Of a DNA stretch of 64,000 nucleotides, positions 39,631 to 49,920 are shown piece after piece. Under the pieces are notes generated by a model. That model searched no databases and was not told where the DNA came from. It saw only the letters and a list, made by a program, of their open reading frames with translations. The position numbers were made by a program, and so were the translations under genes. Position 1 is the stretch's first letter, and every line of letters begins with the position of its first letter. The stretch is from Legionellaceae bacterium (lineage in GTDB: Bacteria; Pseudomonadota; Gammaproteobacteria; UBA12402): assembly GCA_002707695.1 (NCBI GenBank), contig PANR01000018.1:1865-65864 (forward strand). Reading direction: 5' to 3'.

Positions 39631-40113
39631 ATGATTCGCATGAAAAGAAACAAACAGATCATCCTGCCGTGTTTTATAGGCGTAGTTTTATGTTTATTAA
39701 TTGCTGGCATCGAGGGCTGGGTGACAGCATCAAATACCAACTCATGGTATCATACGCTCAACAAACCTGTATTCAACCCCCCCTCCTTTGTTTTTGGACC
39801 CATTTGGACAGTGCTCTACATCATGATAGGAATTGCTGGTGGATTGATTTGGAACAAACGAAAGCAGCATAAAGGGTTATGGATTTTATTTCTCATACAA
39901 TTGCTCTTTAATTTTTTGTGGTCTTTTTTATTTTTTCTCTGGGAATCAATAAGCTGGGCACTCATAGATATCAGCTTACTTTGGATAACTTTACTCATTA
40001 TTTTGATCTGTGCTTACAGAACTTATAGAGTCGTTGCTTACTGGCTAACGCCTTATTTTATCTGGGTAAGTTTTGCAGCCTTGCTTAATGTTAGCCTTTG
40101 GATATTAAACTAA
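39631..40113 (+). CDS. tspO: TspO/MBR tryptophan-rich sensory protein
   Basis: The 160-aa protein has 5 TM helices, a WYxxLxKP start and a Trp-rich sequence. Confidence 0.8.
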   Translation: MIRMKRNKQIILPCFIGVVLCLLIAGIEGWVTASNTNSWYHTLNKPVFNPPSFVFGPIWTVLYIMIGIAGGLIWNKRKQHKGLWILFLIQLLFNFLWSFLFFLWESISWALIDISLLWITLLIILICAYRTYRVVAYWLTPYFIWVSFAALLNVSLWILN

Positions 40114-40135
40114 TGAGCACATTACGCTTTATCAC

Positions 40136-41491
40136 TTAAAGAGTTTTAGGAACAGCTGCTCGCAGCCCACCCGCTGCAGCACCATCTGCACCGCTGTGCA
40201 ATGTGGCTGCTGCGCTGAGTGAACCTGTTGGTTTGCTTAAGTACTCAGCTAATTCAGAATAATAGCTAGTTGGTTTGCCAAGTTTTGTATATGCCTCAAC
40301 AGCTGAACTAAACAACGCTTTTGGATCCTCACCCTTTTCTACTAACAACCACCCTTCTGCTTCTTGTAAATTAGCCGTATAAAACGCTTGCTGATCGGCA
40401 CTAGTGTGCTTAATCGCGTCGCTAAAAGCAGCGCGCGCAAATTGATAGTGCTGCAATCTTAAATGACAACGGCCAATATTGAGCAGTAGTGTCGCTTTTT
40501 GTTGGGGTGTGTAACGATCACTGTTTTTTTGTCGCTCTTGATAAAGCTCAAGCGCACTTTGATAACGCCCGGCTTGATAAAGTTTAGCGGGATTTAACCG
40601 CACATCAAAAACAAATTGAAAAGTAAAAGGCGTAAGTGCTTCACCCAATCGAAGCATCTTAACCGTAGGATAAGGTGCTTGTCTTGCGAGTCTGACAGCC
40701 GCCATAGACAAACGCTGGTTATCTAAAAATCGAAGTGTAACCTCCTCACTAGCCAGATAGCGGCTTGGATCGGGTGAAGCTTTGGCTTCGTCTATAAAAG
40801 GTTTCATCTGCGGGTAGGGGCAGCTACGCCTAAATTTTTCGTCTGCCATAGGCACTGTAACGAGACGAGCCACTTCGATTCGGTGATGAAACGTCGCCAA
40901 TAGATCTGCTTCCTTTCCTGCCAGCGCTGGAATGGTATCTTTAAAAATTTCTACAAATGGATCATTGGCTTCACCGCTCATATTGGGCTGAAAATAACAT
41001 ACCACGTGAAACCCACTTTCAGGGAATACCTTTGCGCTTCGCATTGCATCAACACACCCTTTCGGATCGGCTGCATCAGTTTTGACAAACGTTATATGGT
41101 CAAAACGCTTATCAGCATACACATTGGTAAAAAATGCAGAATAGTTGAACCCAGTGCTAACTAAATCAATATCTGTCAACACAAGTTGATAGCGAATTTT
41201 TTCTTTCTGACAAATCATATCGATAAGCGGAACGAGAAACGCATAGCCGCAAGCAACATCACAAATCTTGAGTACTTCGCCTGGCGCCAATCGCTTAGCA
41301 TGCTTTTGAATCAAATGATACATGGTATCGTAAGCATAGATCCCACACACCAACATCAGTGCACGAGTCTCTATACCGGCGACGGTTCCTGCAAGAAAAC
41401 ACATGATGTGCGCTTTCAATTCCGCATAGAGCGCTTGCTTCGCTTTAGGCAAGTTTTCATAAAATTCATTCAGCTTGGGATTCGATGGCAT
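40136..41491 (-). CDS. orphan protein: class-I methyltransferase-like N-terminal region plus TPR-like C-terminal region; candidate secreted effector
   Basis: LKICDVACGYAF followed by LTDIDL resembles SAM-MTase motifs I and post-I. The C-terminus has TPR-like helices and a GC-rich Ala/Gly tail. Confidence 0.35.
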   Translation of the reverse strand: MPSNPKLNEFYENLPKAKQALYAELKAHIMCFLAGTVAGIETRALMLVCGIYAYDTMYHLIQKHAKRLAPGEVLKICDVACGYAFLVPLIDMICQKEKIRYQLVLTDIDLVSTGFNYSAFFTNVYADKRFDHITFVKTDAADPKGCVDAMRSAKVFPESGFHVVCYFQPNMSGEANDPFVEIFKDTIPALAGKEADLLATFHHRIEVARLVTVPMADEKFRRSCPYPQMKPFIDEAKASPDPSRYLASEEVTLRFLDNQRLSMAAVRLARQAPYPTVKMLRLGEALTPFTFQFVFDVRLNPAKLYQAGRYQSALELYQERQKNSDRYTPQQKATLLLNIGRCHLRLQHYQFARAAFSDAIKHTSADQQAFYTANLQEAEGWLLVEKGEDPKALFSSAVEAYTKLGKPTSYYSELAEYLSKPTGSLSAAATLHSGADGAAAGGLRAAVPKTL

Positions 41492-41747
41492 CTTTTCTCA
41501 CTCATCAAGCCTATTGACTTGATCATTTTTTGCTATACTTGGTGAAATAAGGCCCAGATGCTAGCACAACGGCTTGCTGATAGCAAAAGCATGCTAACGC
41601 ATTGATTAAAATGGCATCCCCGATGGAAAATAACTTGCCGCATAATCAAGTCAAATGATATATTCGTTTGCACTCATCAACGAATATCAATTAAAAATAT
41701 TTGCACAATAACGCATAAAGCAACTACGTAGAAAGAGGGGAATTTGC

Positions 41748-43352
41748 ATGAAGTTTGTTGACTTTATCTCTACCGAGACTCATCCCATTGATTCAGAAAA
41801 CCAACTGAAAAAAGCAATGATGGCCTTTTTTCACACCGCGTTAATTAAGCCCTATCTAGAAGCAATATTTCGGACGGGCGAAAGCAAAGTAAAAGAAATT
41901 AAGGCAGTGTTTAACCCACTGATCAATGAGTACCATGAGGCTATCGAGAGCTCCCCATTTATGGAAAATTTCGATTGGGCATTCAGCTCGCTACTCGAAG
42001 CATCCCCGGCTGATGAAGAAACAAAGCAACGTTTTGCAGCAACACTCGCAGAAATAAGGCCAATGCTTTTGCCGCAAGCGGCACGCCACCCAACCGTCGT
42101 TGCTGTTGAAGAACGGTTGACTCGACGTATAAGGGATGAAGGAAAGAAGCTCTTAATGGCCGAAAATAATTTAGCTTTTGAAAAAGCGAAAGCAATATTT
42201 TACGAAGAAGGACGTTTTGTCGATTTTTATGAATTTGTCACGCTTGCCTGGGGTGCATCTTCGCCCGAGGCAGCTCACGCACAAACCTTCACTCGCCTTC
42301 AATATATTGCCTACCTTCAATTTGCTTCGAATTTGGTGGCCCCGCTATCTGAGCAAACACTTTATTCAGTAAACAAAGTTAAAGCCTGTGAGCTGCGTGG
42401 AGAGCGTATGAGAGTTGTCAATTTAATGCGCGATAGCCAAAAAAAATATGAAGACATTTTAGCAAAAGTTACTGATCTAGAATCCAAATATGCGCAATTA
42501 GACAAGGCCTACCAACAGCTTCCTCCATGCGAACCCGGCTGTGGCCACACCGGCGGCATTGGCTGCCTTGCTACCACAGGGCCTGAGCACATTGATTTAC
42601 TTCAACAACTAGGCCTAAACCACGGTGAACTTCACAAAGCTGATGCTGAGCTCAGCGAATATTCTCATTTTTTATCATCGGCTGATGGCGAAATGTGTGA
42701 GCCACCGGATGGGCTGAAAAAAATGCAGGCCTTACTAAAATATTGGCAAAAAAACGCGCCAAGATTGCGTCAACGCGCGCAAGATATAGCAGCCTTGTGT
42801 CAATTCAAGCCGGCCAGCACTACTGAATATGACATTATCTATCGGCTAGTCAGTGAGGAAGAGCGAACATCTCTTTGTGCAGGCAAATGCTTTGCTCAGC
42901 ATGCTGGCTCTTTAGAAAGAGAAAAATGGTTTTATTACAAGGAAGGTAAGCCAGGTGTTGACCATCGATACTGTTGCGGCATTTATCTTTATAAAGGTGC
43001 TTTGGATCTGCTGCTTTCCTTACAGCAATCTGATGGAAAGTTTGCAACAGTCGTTGAAAAAGGAGATGCAGAACCTGACTGTTTTGGTATTCATGAAGAT
43101 GCCCTGCCTTGTGTAAACAGCATGATTCATCATGTAACCATTGTAGACTGTAAAGCACTGAGCAAAAAAACAACCGTCACTTTTCGCAAAAACCCACCCA
43201 CTATGCCTGATATACTGCTTCCCAAAATAGTTGATGATGCAGAAGAAACACCCTTGCCGCCTAGCGCTACTGGCACTACTCAACATTTTTTTTCACCAAC
43301 AGAGGAAACTTCAGCTGCAGCAGCTGCACCGCCAGCAAGGGCGACAAAATAA
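41748..43352 (+). CDS. orphan Cys-rich protein of unknown function (within the tRNA-associated islet)
   Basis: The 534-aa ORF has no recognisable family. Cys clusters (CEPGCGHTGGIGC, YCCGIY) are present, along with an Ala/Pro-rich tail. Confidence 0.35.
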   Translation: MKFVDFISTETHPIDSENQLKKAMMAFFHTALIKPYLEAIFRTGESKVKEIKAVFNPLINEYHEAIESSPFMENFDWAFSSLLEASPADEETKQRFAATLAEIRPMLLPQAARHPTVVAVEERLTRRIRDEGKKLLMAENNLAFEKAKAIFYEEGRFVDFYEFVTLAWGASSPEAAHAQTFTRLQYIAYLQFASNLVAPLSEQTLYSVNKVKACELRGERMRVVNLMRDSQKKYEDILAKVTDLESKYAQLDKAYQQLPPCEPGCGHTGGIGCLATTGPEHIDLLQQLGLNHGELHKADAELSEYSHFLSSADGEMCEPPDGLKKMQALLKYWQKNAPRLRQRAQDIAALCQFKPASTTEYDIIYRLVSEEERTSLCAGKCFAQHAGSLEREKWFYYKEGKPGVDHRYCCGIYLYKGALDLLLSLQQSDGKFATVVEKGDAEPDCFGIHEDALPCVNSMIHHVTIVDCKALSKKTTVTFRKNPPTMPDILLPKIVDDAEETPLPPSATGTTQHFFSPTEETSAAAAAPPARATK

Positions 43353-43413
43353 GGCCATCAGCCATAGACAAAGTCAAACAAAAAACAACAACGTCCATGA
43401 TATGACTGAAACA

Positions 43414-44241
43414 CTACAAACAAAAACAATCAGTATTATCAATCGATTTTGAGTAGAGATAACAATTTGGAAACCCAATCAAGCCGGCTAACACGGGGAT
43501 TTTTATGCCATGCACTTTAAATGCCTGGTGTGACAATTTTATTTCGTTCATATCTTCAACCCCAACACAGTCCTCAAGTTTGCAATCAAAATATTCAGGT
43601 TTCTCGTAAGGCATCATAAACGACTTGATAGGATCGCCATTTGCTGCATGAAAAGGTGAAATAAACTCAGGAGCTACCAATCCTTTTTTCACAAAAGCGT
43701 CTTTGACCTGCAGCTTGAGAGCATGAGCAAATTTTTCAACTGCTTCGTGTATGGTTAGCAATGAACGTTGCAATAAAATTTCAATCTGTTCAAGATAGTA
43801 ATGATACTCTAAAAGAGGAAAATGATAGAGAATACGCTTGGGTTTTAATAATTCAATTTTTTCAACCTGCCATGCAATCAAATACTGATGATATTTACCC
43901 AACGTCTGTGGCACATACATTTTAGTCACCCTATCGCCGGAATGGATTTTTTCAACGGCTTTTTTTCTTTCAAGCGGTGAAGTCAACGCCCGACGAGATG
44001 GTGGATTTCCTCTACCTTTTTTTTCAAACTCAAGCTGCCATCTTGCGTCCAGTAGACAAATCCCAGTAATGACTGTAGATCGATAATCATCAGGCGGCAG
44101 CGGCCACCAGCCTTCATAGGTAGTTTGATTGGCACTTAATGATAATGCTATCTTCGTGGGATTTTGATCGTCAGAAAAATGTCGAGTTGCTAGCTTAGCG
44201 CCGGTATCGACAGCCCACCCAGCATAATTGATAGTAGCCAT
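43414..44241 (-). CDS. orphan protein of unknown function (within the tRNA-associated islet)
   Basis: The 275-aa ORF has no recognisable motifs. Confidence 0.35.
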   Translation of the reverse strand: MATINYAGWAVDTGAKLATRHFSDDQNPTKIALSLSANQTTYEGWWPLPPDDYRSTVITGICLLDARWQLEFEKKGRGNPPSRRALTSPLERKKAVEKIHSGDRVTKMYVPQTLGKYHQYLIAWQVEKIELLKPKRILYHFPLLEYHYYLEQIEILLQRSLLTIHEAVEKFAHALKLQVKDAFVKKGLVAPEFISPFHAANGDPIKSFMMPYEKPEYFDCKLEDCVGVEDMNEIKLSHQAFKVHGIKIPVLAGLIGFPNCYLYSKSIDNTDCFCL

Positions 44242-44318
44242 TTACAGCCCAAATTATAAACTAAACCTACATGGGAGCCTGAGGGCCAGGCAAGTATAAT
44301 AATTAACATTGATTAAAA

Positions 44319-44394
44319 TGGCATCCCCGACGGGAGTCGAACCCGTGTTTTCACCGTGAAAGGGTGGTGTCCTAGGCCTCTAGACGACGGGGAC
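44319..44394 (-). tRNA. tRNA-Glu (anticodon UUC)
   Basis: The reverse complement is GTCCCCGTCGTCTAGAGGCCTAGGACACCACCCTTTCACGGTGAAAACACGGGTTCGACTCCCGTCGGGGATGCCA. It folds as a cloverleaf with anticodon loop CUUUCAC and an encoded CCA. Confidence 0.9.
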
Positions 44395-44579
44395 CCAATA
44401 TAATCTTCGTCTTTTCACTTTATGCATCGCTGCGTTCGGCCTCAAACTTCAGTCACTTACACAAGTAAGCTCCTTCATTTTCATCCTCAGCATCTCGCCT
44501 AAAGCAAAAATACTTGACTCTATTTCTTTTTGCCTGACTTTGCTCTAGCCGGCTTGCCATGCGCAGCCTTAGCGATGCA

Positions 44580-44655
<76 letters not shown>

Positions 44656-44726
44656 GCAAAGACCGAGATTCTATGCAGCTCAACCAACCTTGTCAATGAT
44701 AAACTAGCGATATTCTTAAGGATCGG

Positions 44727-45113
44727 CTATTGCAAACCGTAGACTTTAACCTCATCAAAATACTTGAAGTCTTTATCAAGCGTCAGAATAGATAAATCGT
44801 GCTTTTTGCATACCGTCGCAATCAGTGAATCTGTGCTCGACACAGTCACCCCACGACCTCTCAAAGCAGCCATCCACTGGCCAGCCAATACAAAATCATT
44901 TCGTTCAATATCAACATAAGGCAGCGCCGATAATAAGGGTAATACCTTAGTTTTTTCTTTGTTATGCAGCCCTCGGATAAGCTCCATTTCGACGATGCCA
45001 CATAATACAACCTCATCAGCATCCAACGCTTTTTCCATCAACTCAGACACTAGTCCAGGACCGTCGCGGAAATAGTCTATCCAGGCAGACGTATCCACCA
45101 ACACCTTGCGCAC
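44727..45113 (-). CDS. vapC: PIN-domain toxin VapC
   Basis: The 128-aa protein has the N-terminal VLVDTSAWIDYF motif (first PIN Asp) and further acidic residues. Confidence 0.8.
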   Translation of the reverse strand: MRKVLVDTSAWIDYFRDGPGLVSELMEKALDADEVVLCGIVEMELIRGLHNKEKTKVLPLLSALPYVDIERNDFVLAGQWMAALRGRGVTVSSTDSLIATVCKKHDLSILTLDKDFKYFDEVKVYGLQ

Positions 45114-45371
45114 TTATTCTTCATCCTTATCAAGGTCACGCAATTGGCGCCAGTCATTGGCAATGCCAACTTTCCCGCGTAACTTTTTGATTTCTTGTAT
45201 TTTTCGATAACGGATCCACTCTTCTATAGCCATGTTAACTGCCTCGGTTCGCTTGCGTGCATGCGTATAAGCCATTAAATCTGCGAGCAAGCTGTCTGGA
45301 ATAGTCACTGTTGTTCTCATAGCCACCTCATCACTAAAATCACTATATTTTGATGTTAGCATAAACATCAA
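45114..45371 (-). CDS. vapB: VapB-type antitoxin
   Basis: The small ORF abuts vapC. It has an RHH-like region (MRTTVTIPDSLLADL) and an acidic C-terminus. The real start is probably the internal Met. Confidence 0.6.
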   Translation of the reverse strand: MMFMLTSKYSDFSDEVAMRTTVTIPDSLLADLMAYTHARKRTEAVNMAIEEWIRYRKIQEIKKLRGKVGIANDWRQLRDLDKDEE

Positions 45372-45397
45372 AATATACCATCAAATTATTCGGATAT

Positions 45398-46795
45398 TTA
45401 TGCTTTTTTGCAGCATAACAACGCCTGCTCAAGGCGCTGGAGGGTTTTTTCACGCCCAAGAAGCGCCAAGGTGGCATCGATGGAGGGCGAAATGGTGCTG
45501 CCAGTAACGGCCACGCGGATGGGCTGGGCGACCTTGCCCATACCGAGATTAAGCTCAGTGGACGTGCCTTTGATAACCTCATGCAAGGCCTCACGCTCCC
45601 AATGCTCAAGCGCACTGAATTTAGCAAGAAGCGCCTCAAACACGGCAGCCGTTTCCGTGGTCAAAAATTTCTTTGCGGCCTTTTCATCATAGTGTTTAAC
45701 ATCCTGATAAAAATAGCGGCTCATGTCGGCCATTTCTTCGAGCGTTTTAGCGCGATCTGCCAATAAGGCCACCAAATCAATCAACTCGGGCCCTTGGCTC
45801 ACATCCAAATCACGTTTGAGCAAGTGAGGTTTTAACACGGCCGCAACATCATGACGATTAAGTGATTTAATATAATGTTGGTTTAACCATAATAATTTTT
45901 CATGATTAAATACCGCGGGTGAACGACTAATGTTTTTAACATCAAACAAAGCAATCATGTCTTGTTTCGAAAAAATTTCCTGATCGCCACACGACCATCC
46001 CAAGCGCACTAAATAGTTTAATAAAGCTTCTGGCAAATAACCATCTTCACGATACTCCAACACACTCACCGCACCATGACGCTTAGAAAGTTTTTTGCCA
46101 TCATCGCCATGAATCATCGGCAAATGGCCATAAACAGGAGGGTTAACACCCAGTGCGTTAAAAAGATTAATTTGTTTAGGCGTGTTACTTAAATGATCAT
46201 CACCACGCAACACATGCGTGATGTCCATATCTGCATCATCTACTACAACGGTAAAATTATAAGTGGGTGTACCATCGGTTCGCGCTAAAATTAAATCATC
46301 CAATTCACTGTTATTCACGGTAATACGGCCACGAATCATGTCATCGAATTCAACCGCGCCAGACTCAGGATTTTTAAACCGCACAACAAAAGGTGCATCT
46401 TTTTTTTCTGTCAATTCACGACAGCAACCATCATAACGTGGATTTTCTTTATTACTCATTTGTGTTGCACGCAATTTTTCGAGCCGTTCTTTAGAACAAT
46501 AACAACGATAGGCATTCCCTGACTCAAGCAATTGATCAATCACCGCTTTATAACGATCAAAACGTTTGGTTTGATAAGTGATTTCTCCATCATGCTCCAG
46601 GCCCAACCAGGCCATGCCTTCCAAAATAATTTGTGTAGCCTCGTCAGTCGAACGCTCACGATCGGTATCTTCAATACGCAAAATAAACTCACCCTCTTGG
46701 GAGCGGGCAAACAAATAAGCAAATAATGCTGTCCGTGCACTGCCAACATGAAAAAACCCGGTGGGACTTGGTGCAAAACGTGTTTTAATCTTCAT
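45398..46795 (-). CDS. gltX: glutamyl-tRNA synthetase
   Basis: The protein has the HVGSARTALF (HIGH) and KLSKR (KMSKS) motifs and is 465 aa long. Confidence 0.9.
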   Translation of the reverse strand: MKIKTRFAPSPTGFFHVGSARTALFAYLFARSQEGEFILRIEDTDRERSTDEATQIILEGMAWLGLEHDGEITYQTKRFDRYKAVIDQLLESGNAYRCYCSKERLEKLRATQMSNKENPRYDGCCRELTEKKDAPFVVRFKNPESGAVEFDDMIRGRITVNNSELDDLILARTDGTPTYNFTVVVDDADMDITHVLRGDDHLSNTPKQINLFNALGVNPPVYGHLPMIHGDDGKKLSKRHGAVSVLEYREDGYLPEALLNYLVRLGWSCGDQEIFSKQDMIALFDVKNISRSPAVFNHEKLLWLNQHYIKSLNRHDVAAVLKPHLLKRDLDVSQGPELIDLVALLADRAKTLEEMADMSRYFYQDVKHYDEKAAKKFLTTETAAVFEALLAKFSALEHWEREALHEVIKGTSTELNLGMGKVAQPIRVAVTGSTISPSIDATLALLGREKTLQRLEQALLCCKKA

Positions 46796-46863
46796 TTTAT
46801 TCTCTAGCTCGTTACATTGCCTGAAATTATGCTATATTTATAGGAGAATGAGAAGGAGCAATC

Positions 46864-48147
46864 ATGTTTAAGTGGATAATCTGGCTATGGAACTTACTCA
46901 AACGCCTGTTTGGCATGGGCCGAAAACTTGACCTGCCCTCAACGGCCAAATTGATGCAAGAGGATAGCGTTTTATCAGATAGCATTCAACCTGCCGGCGA
47001 TATCACACCACCAAATCGAGCTGAGAATATTTTGTTAATTGGCGCAACGGGTATTGTTGGGCCTCATCTACTTCGCTACTTGCTCGACAACACAAAAGCT
47101 AATATTTATTGTTTAGTCCATCACCGTCATGGTGAGCTTGCCAAAAACTATCTTCTCACACAACTTGAACGCGATGGTTTAGACAAGCACATTGATCACT
47201 CACGTATTCATGTGGTACACGGCAATATTGCTGAAAAAAAATTTGGACTCAACGTTGAAACCTATCAATTTCTCGCACAAACCATCGATATAATTTTTCA
47301 TAATGCCGCTTGGACAAATCACGTCAGGCCTTATTCTGAAGGCGAGAACAAACAAGCAGACATTCGTCAAACCAACGCATTAAGCTTGCATCGCACACTC
47401 GCACTGGCAGCAAAATATAAAACTAAACTTGTTAACTTCACATCAACTATCGGCGCGATTAATCGTATTGATTTAGATGGCTGCTTAGTAGAGGAGTTGC
47501 CAGAGCCAGATAATCAAGGGGACAGACTGCATATAGGCTATTTACAAAGTAAATTTGTCGCTGAAAAACTCATTTTTCAGGCCATTGAACGAGGCCTGCC
47601 CTGCCGTGTTTTTCGATTAGGACAAATCACAGGCGACAGCAAAACAGGTGTGCAACATGCTGAAAAAGATCACATGATGCTCGAGCTAAAAGCCTGTGCA
47701 CAAATGGGCATCGCGCCCGATTGGCCTGATGCTCGAAGTTTTGTGCCTAGTGATATTGCTGCAAGTATTATTGGCAGCATCGGCCTGCAAACTCATGCAA
47801 AAAGTGGCGCGTACAATATCAACAACCCTCACCTTGTGAGCTGGTTAGAAATCATTGATGCACTCAATCGCTTTGATCACAAGGTCGAGGTCATTCCTGA
47901 AAAAGAATGGGTTGAAGCGTTTTCAGCTATTGATGAAAGCAATGCTCTCTACCCCTTACGCGCTGCTTATGAAGCGCCTGGCACTTTTGCCAAACTTATG
48001 CCAGCCGTTCGCCTAATGTTTAACCATCACATACATTGCGAACGCACAATGCAGGCGATCGAACAGACTGATATCAAATTCCCCAACAGCAGCATGCTGT
48101 TAGAGAAATACTTAAATTACTTTAACGAAACTGGTTTCTTTAGTTAG
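46864..48147 (+). CDS. SDR-type thioester-reductase-domain (NAD_binding_4-like) protein
   Basis: The protein has GATGIVGPHLLRYLL and a later YxxxK (YLQSKFVAEK). The function is unassigned. Confidence 0.5.
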   Translation: MFKWIIWLWNLLKRLFGMGRKLDLPSTAKLMQEDSVLSDSIQPAGDITPPNRAENILLIGATGIVGPHLLRYLLDNTKANIYCLVHHRHGELAKNYLLTQLERDGLDKHIDHSRIHVVHGNIAEKKFGLNVETYQFLAQTIDIIFHNAAWTNHVRPYSEGENKQADIRQTNALSLHRTLALAAKYKTKLVNFTSTIGAINRIDLDGCLVEELPEPDNQGDRLHIGYLQSKFVAEKLIFQAIERGLPCRVFRLGQITGDSKTGVQHAEKDHMMLELKACAQMGIAPDWPDARSFVPSDIAASIIGSIGLQTHAKSGAYNINNPHLVSWLEIIDALNRFDHKVEVIPEKEWVEAFSAIDESNALYPLRAAYEAPGTFAKLMPAVRLMFNHHIHCERTMQAIEQTDIKFPNSSMLLEKYLNYFNETGFFS

Positions 48148-48189
48148 ACGCCAGTTCACTCTTTGAACGATATTTGCTAAGCTCTGAAC

Positions 48190-49920
48190 ATGAGAAAAAT
48201 TAGTGTTCTACTCACACTCTGTGTTGCTTTGTGCTGCACGACACAGGCGCTCGCGGCGCTCTCGCTTAAGAACGTGATCACCGGTATTAAAAACAAAAAA
48301 GTGCTTAACAACGCCCTGGCTCGATTAAAAATTAACCAGGAACATAACAACGAAACACTGACTAAAAGTGAGATTGGCGAATTTTTTAGTGAAGGCCCCA
48401 AAAACATTGAAGCTGCTGTGGCGCCCTACGGTTACTTTAACCCGACGATCAAATCGAACTTAAGCAATCGCGGTGATGCCTGGACAGCTACCTACGATGT
48501 AGAACTTGGCCCCAAGCTCACCGTCACCGTCGCCAATATTCGGATTATGGGCCCTGGCAATATCAATAAACATATTACCATGGCGTTTGACAAAGTCCCT
48601 TTAAAAACGGGAGCGGTGTTTACCACAGAACACTACGATAAAACCAAAGATTTACTTATCGACACCGCCCATGCTGCTGGATTCATTGATGCAAAATACA
48701 CGATTGATAAAATCACCATCAACCCTAGCGCTTACACTTGTGTTCTTGATTTAACATTGCAAACAGGGCCGCGATATTACTTTGGTGATGTAAGCTTTTC
48801 ACCAAGCCCGATTTCCGATAGTTTGTTAAAACGCTATATTCCATTTAAAACTGGCGATCCTTACTCAACTACTACGCTAACTGACTTTCAACAACTACTT
48901 TCACAAAGTGGTTACTTTAAAAGCGTCATTGCCAACCCAGAAAAAGATAAAGCCGTCAATCAACAAATTCCCATTGATATGCAGCTCACACGCAACAAAC
49001 AAAAATTTTATCGTGTAGGTATTGGTTACGGTACAGGCACCGGTCCACGACTTTTGGGCAGTATTAACTGGCGATGGGTTAATAAATACGGGCATAAGTT
49101 CAGCTTAAATACCATGCTTTCTAAAATAAATAATGCACTAACCGCGCAATATTTAATTCCAGGAAGCAAACCATCGACCGATCAATACACTATCACCGGC
49201 ACGCACTTTACGTTAGCCCCTTATCGCACACAAAAAAGTTTTGGTAATCGTTTATCGCTGGCCGATACCTTTAAGCTATGGGGCTGGCAGCAAACCTATC
49301 AAGTTGATTTTTTATCTGAGCGCTATCGCTTTTCAAGCAACGCCGGCTATAACGATGCGCGCGCGGTAATTCCCGGCTTTACATGGCGACGCGTATCAAC
49401 AGGCAATATTTTAAAAATTACAAAAGGCAGCATGTTTAGCATGAACTGGCGCGGTGCAAGCCGGCATGCGGGCTCAACTGTCAACTTTATACAAACCAAT
49501 TGGCAATACAAATGGGTACACCCGCTTTTTACAAAAAACTTTCGCATTATTTTACGTGGTCAGCTAGGTTATACGTTTATTAACGAAAACAGCATCACCA
49601 AACTACCATTGAGCTTGCAGTTTTATGCAGGTGGCATATACAGCATGCGAGGATATAATTACAACTCACTCGGACCAGGCCGTTACTTAATGATTGGCAG
49701 CGGCGAAATTCAACGCCGGATTGTTGGCAACTTATGGGTGGGCACTTTTGTTGATGAAGGAAATGTGTTTAACAACTTCCCCATCGACCCACAACGCGGG
49801 ATGGGCCTCTCATTAATTTATCAAACACCTGTCGGACCGTTAGCAATTAGTCTTGCCCAAGCGTCAACGAAAAAAGGCAAACCGCTTAAATTCCAATTCA
49901 GCATAGGACCAGAGCTATGA
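48190..49920 (+). CDS. tamA: translocation and assembly module outer-membrane subunit TamA (Omp85 family)
   Basis: The protein has a signal peptide, POTRA-like repeats and a C-terminal 16-strand barrel ending in an aromatic-rich terminus. It is followed by tamB with a 4-nt overlap. Confidence 0.8.
   Translation: MRKISVLLTLCVALCCTTQALAALSLKNVITGIKNKKVLNNALARLKINQEHNNETLTKSEIGEFFSEGPKNIEAAVAPYGYFNPTIKSNLSNRGDAWTATYDVELGPKLTVTVANIRIMGPGNINKHITMAFDKVPLKTGAVFTTEHYDKTKDLLIDTAHAAGFIDAKYTIDKITINPSAYTCVLDLTLQTGPRYYFGDVSFSPSPISDSLLKRYIPFKTGDPYSTTTLTDFQQLLSQSGYFKSVIANPEKDKAVNQQIPIDMQLTRNKQKFYRVGIGYGTGTGPRLLGSINWRWVNKYGHKFSLNTMLSKINNALTAQYLIPGSKPSTDQYTITGTHFTLAPYRTQKSFGNRLSLADTFKLWGWQQTYQVDFLSERYRFSSNAGYNDARAVIPGFTWRRVSTGNILKITKGSMFSMNWRGASRHAGSTVNFIQTNWQYKWVHPLFTKNFRIILRGQLGYTFINENSITKLPLSLQFYAGGIYSMRGYNYNSLGPGRYLMIGSGEIQRRIVGNLWVGTFVDEGNVFNNFPIDPQRGMGLSLIYQTPVGPLAISLAQASTKKGKPLKFQFSIGPEL

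Noticed and set aside
41492-44318. An integrase or recombinase expected inside the att-flanked islet
   Set aside because: No ORF has tyrosine or serine recombinase motifs. The islet is called a remnant or trans-mobilised cargo rather than an intact integrative element.
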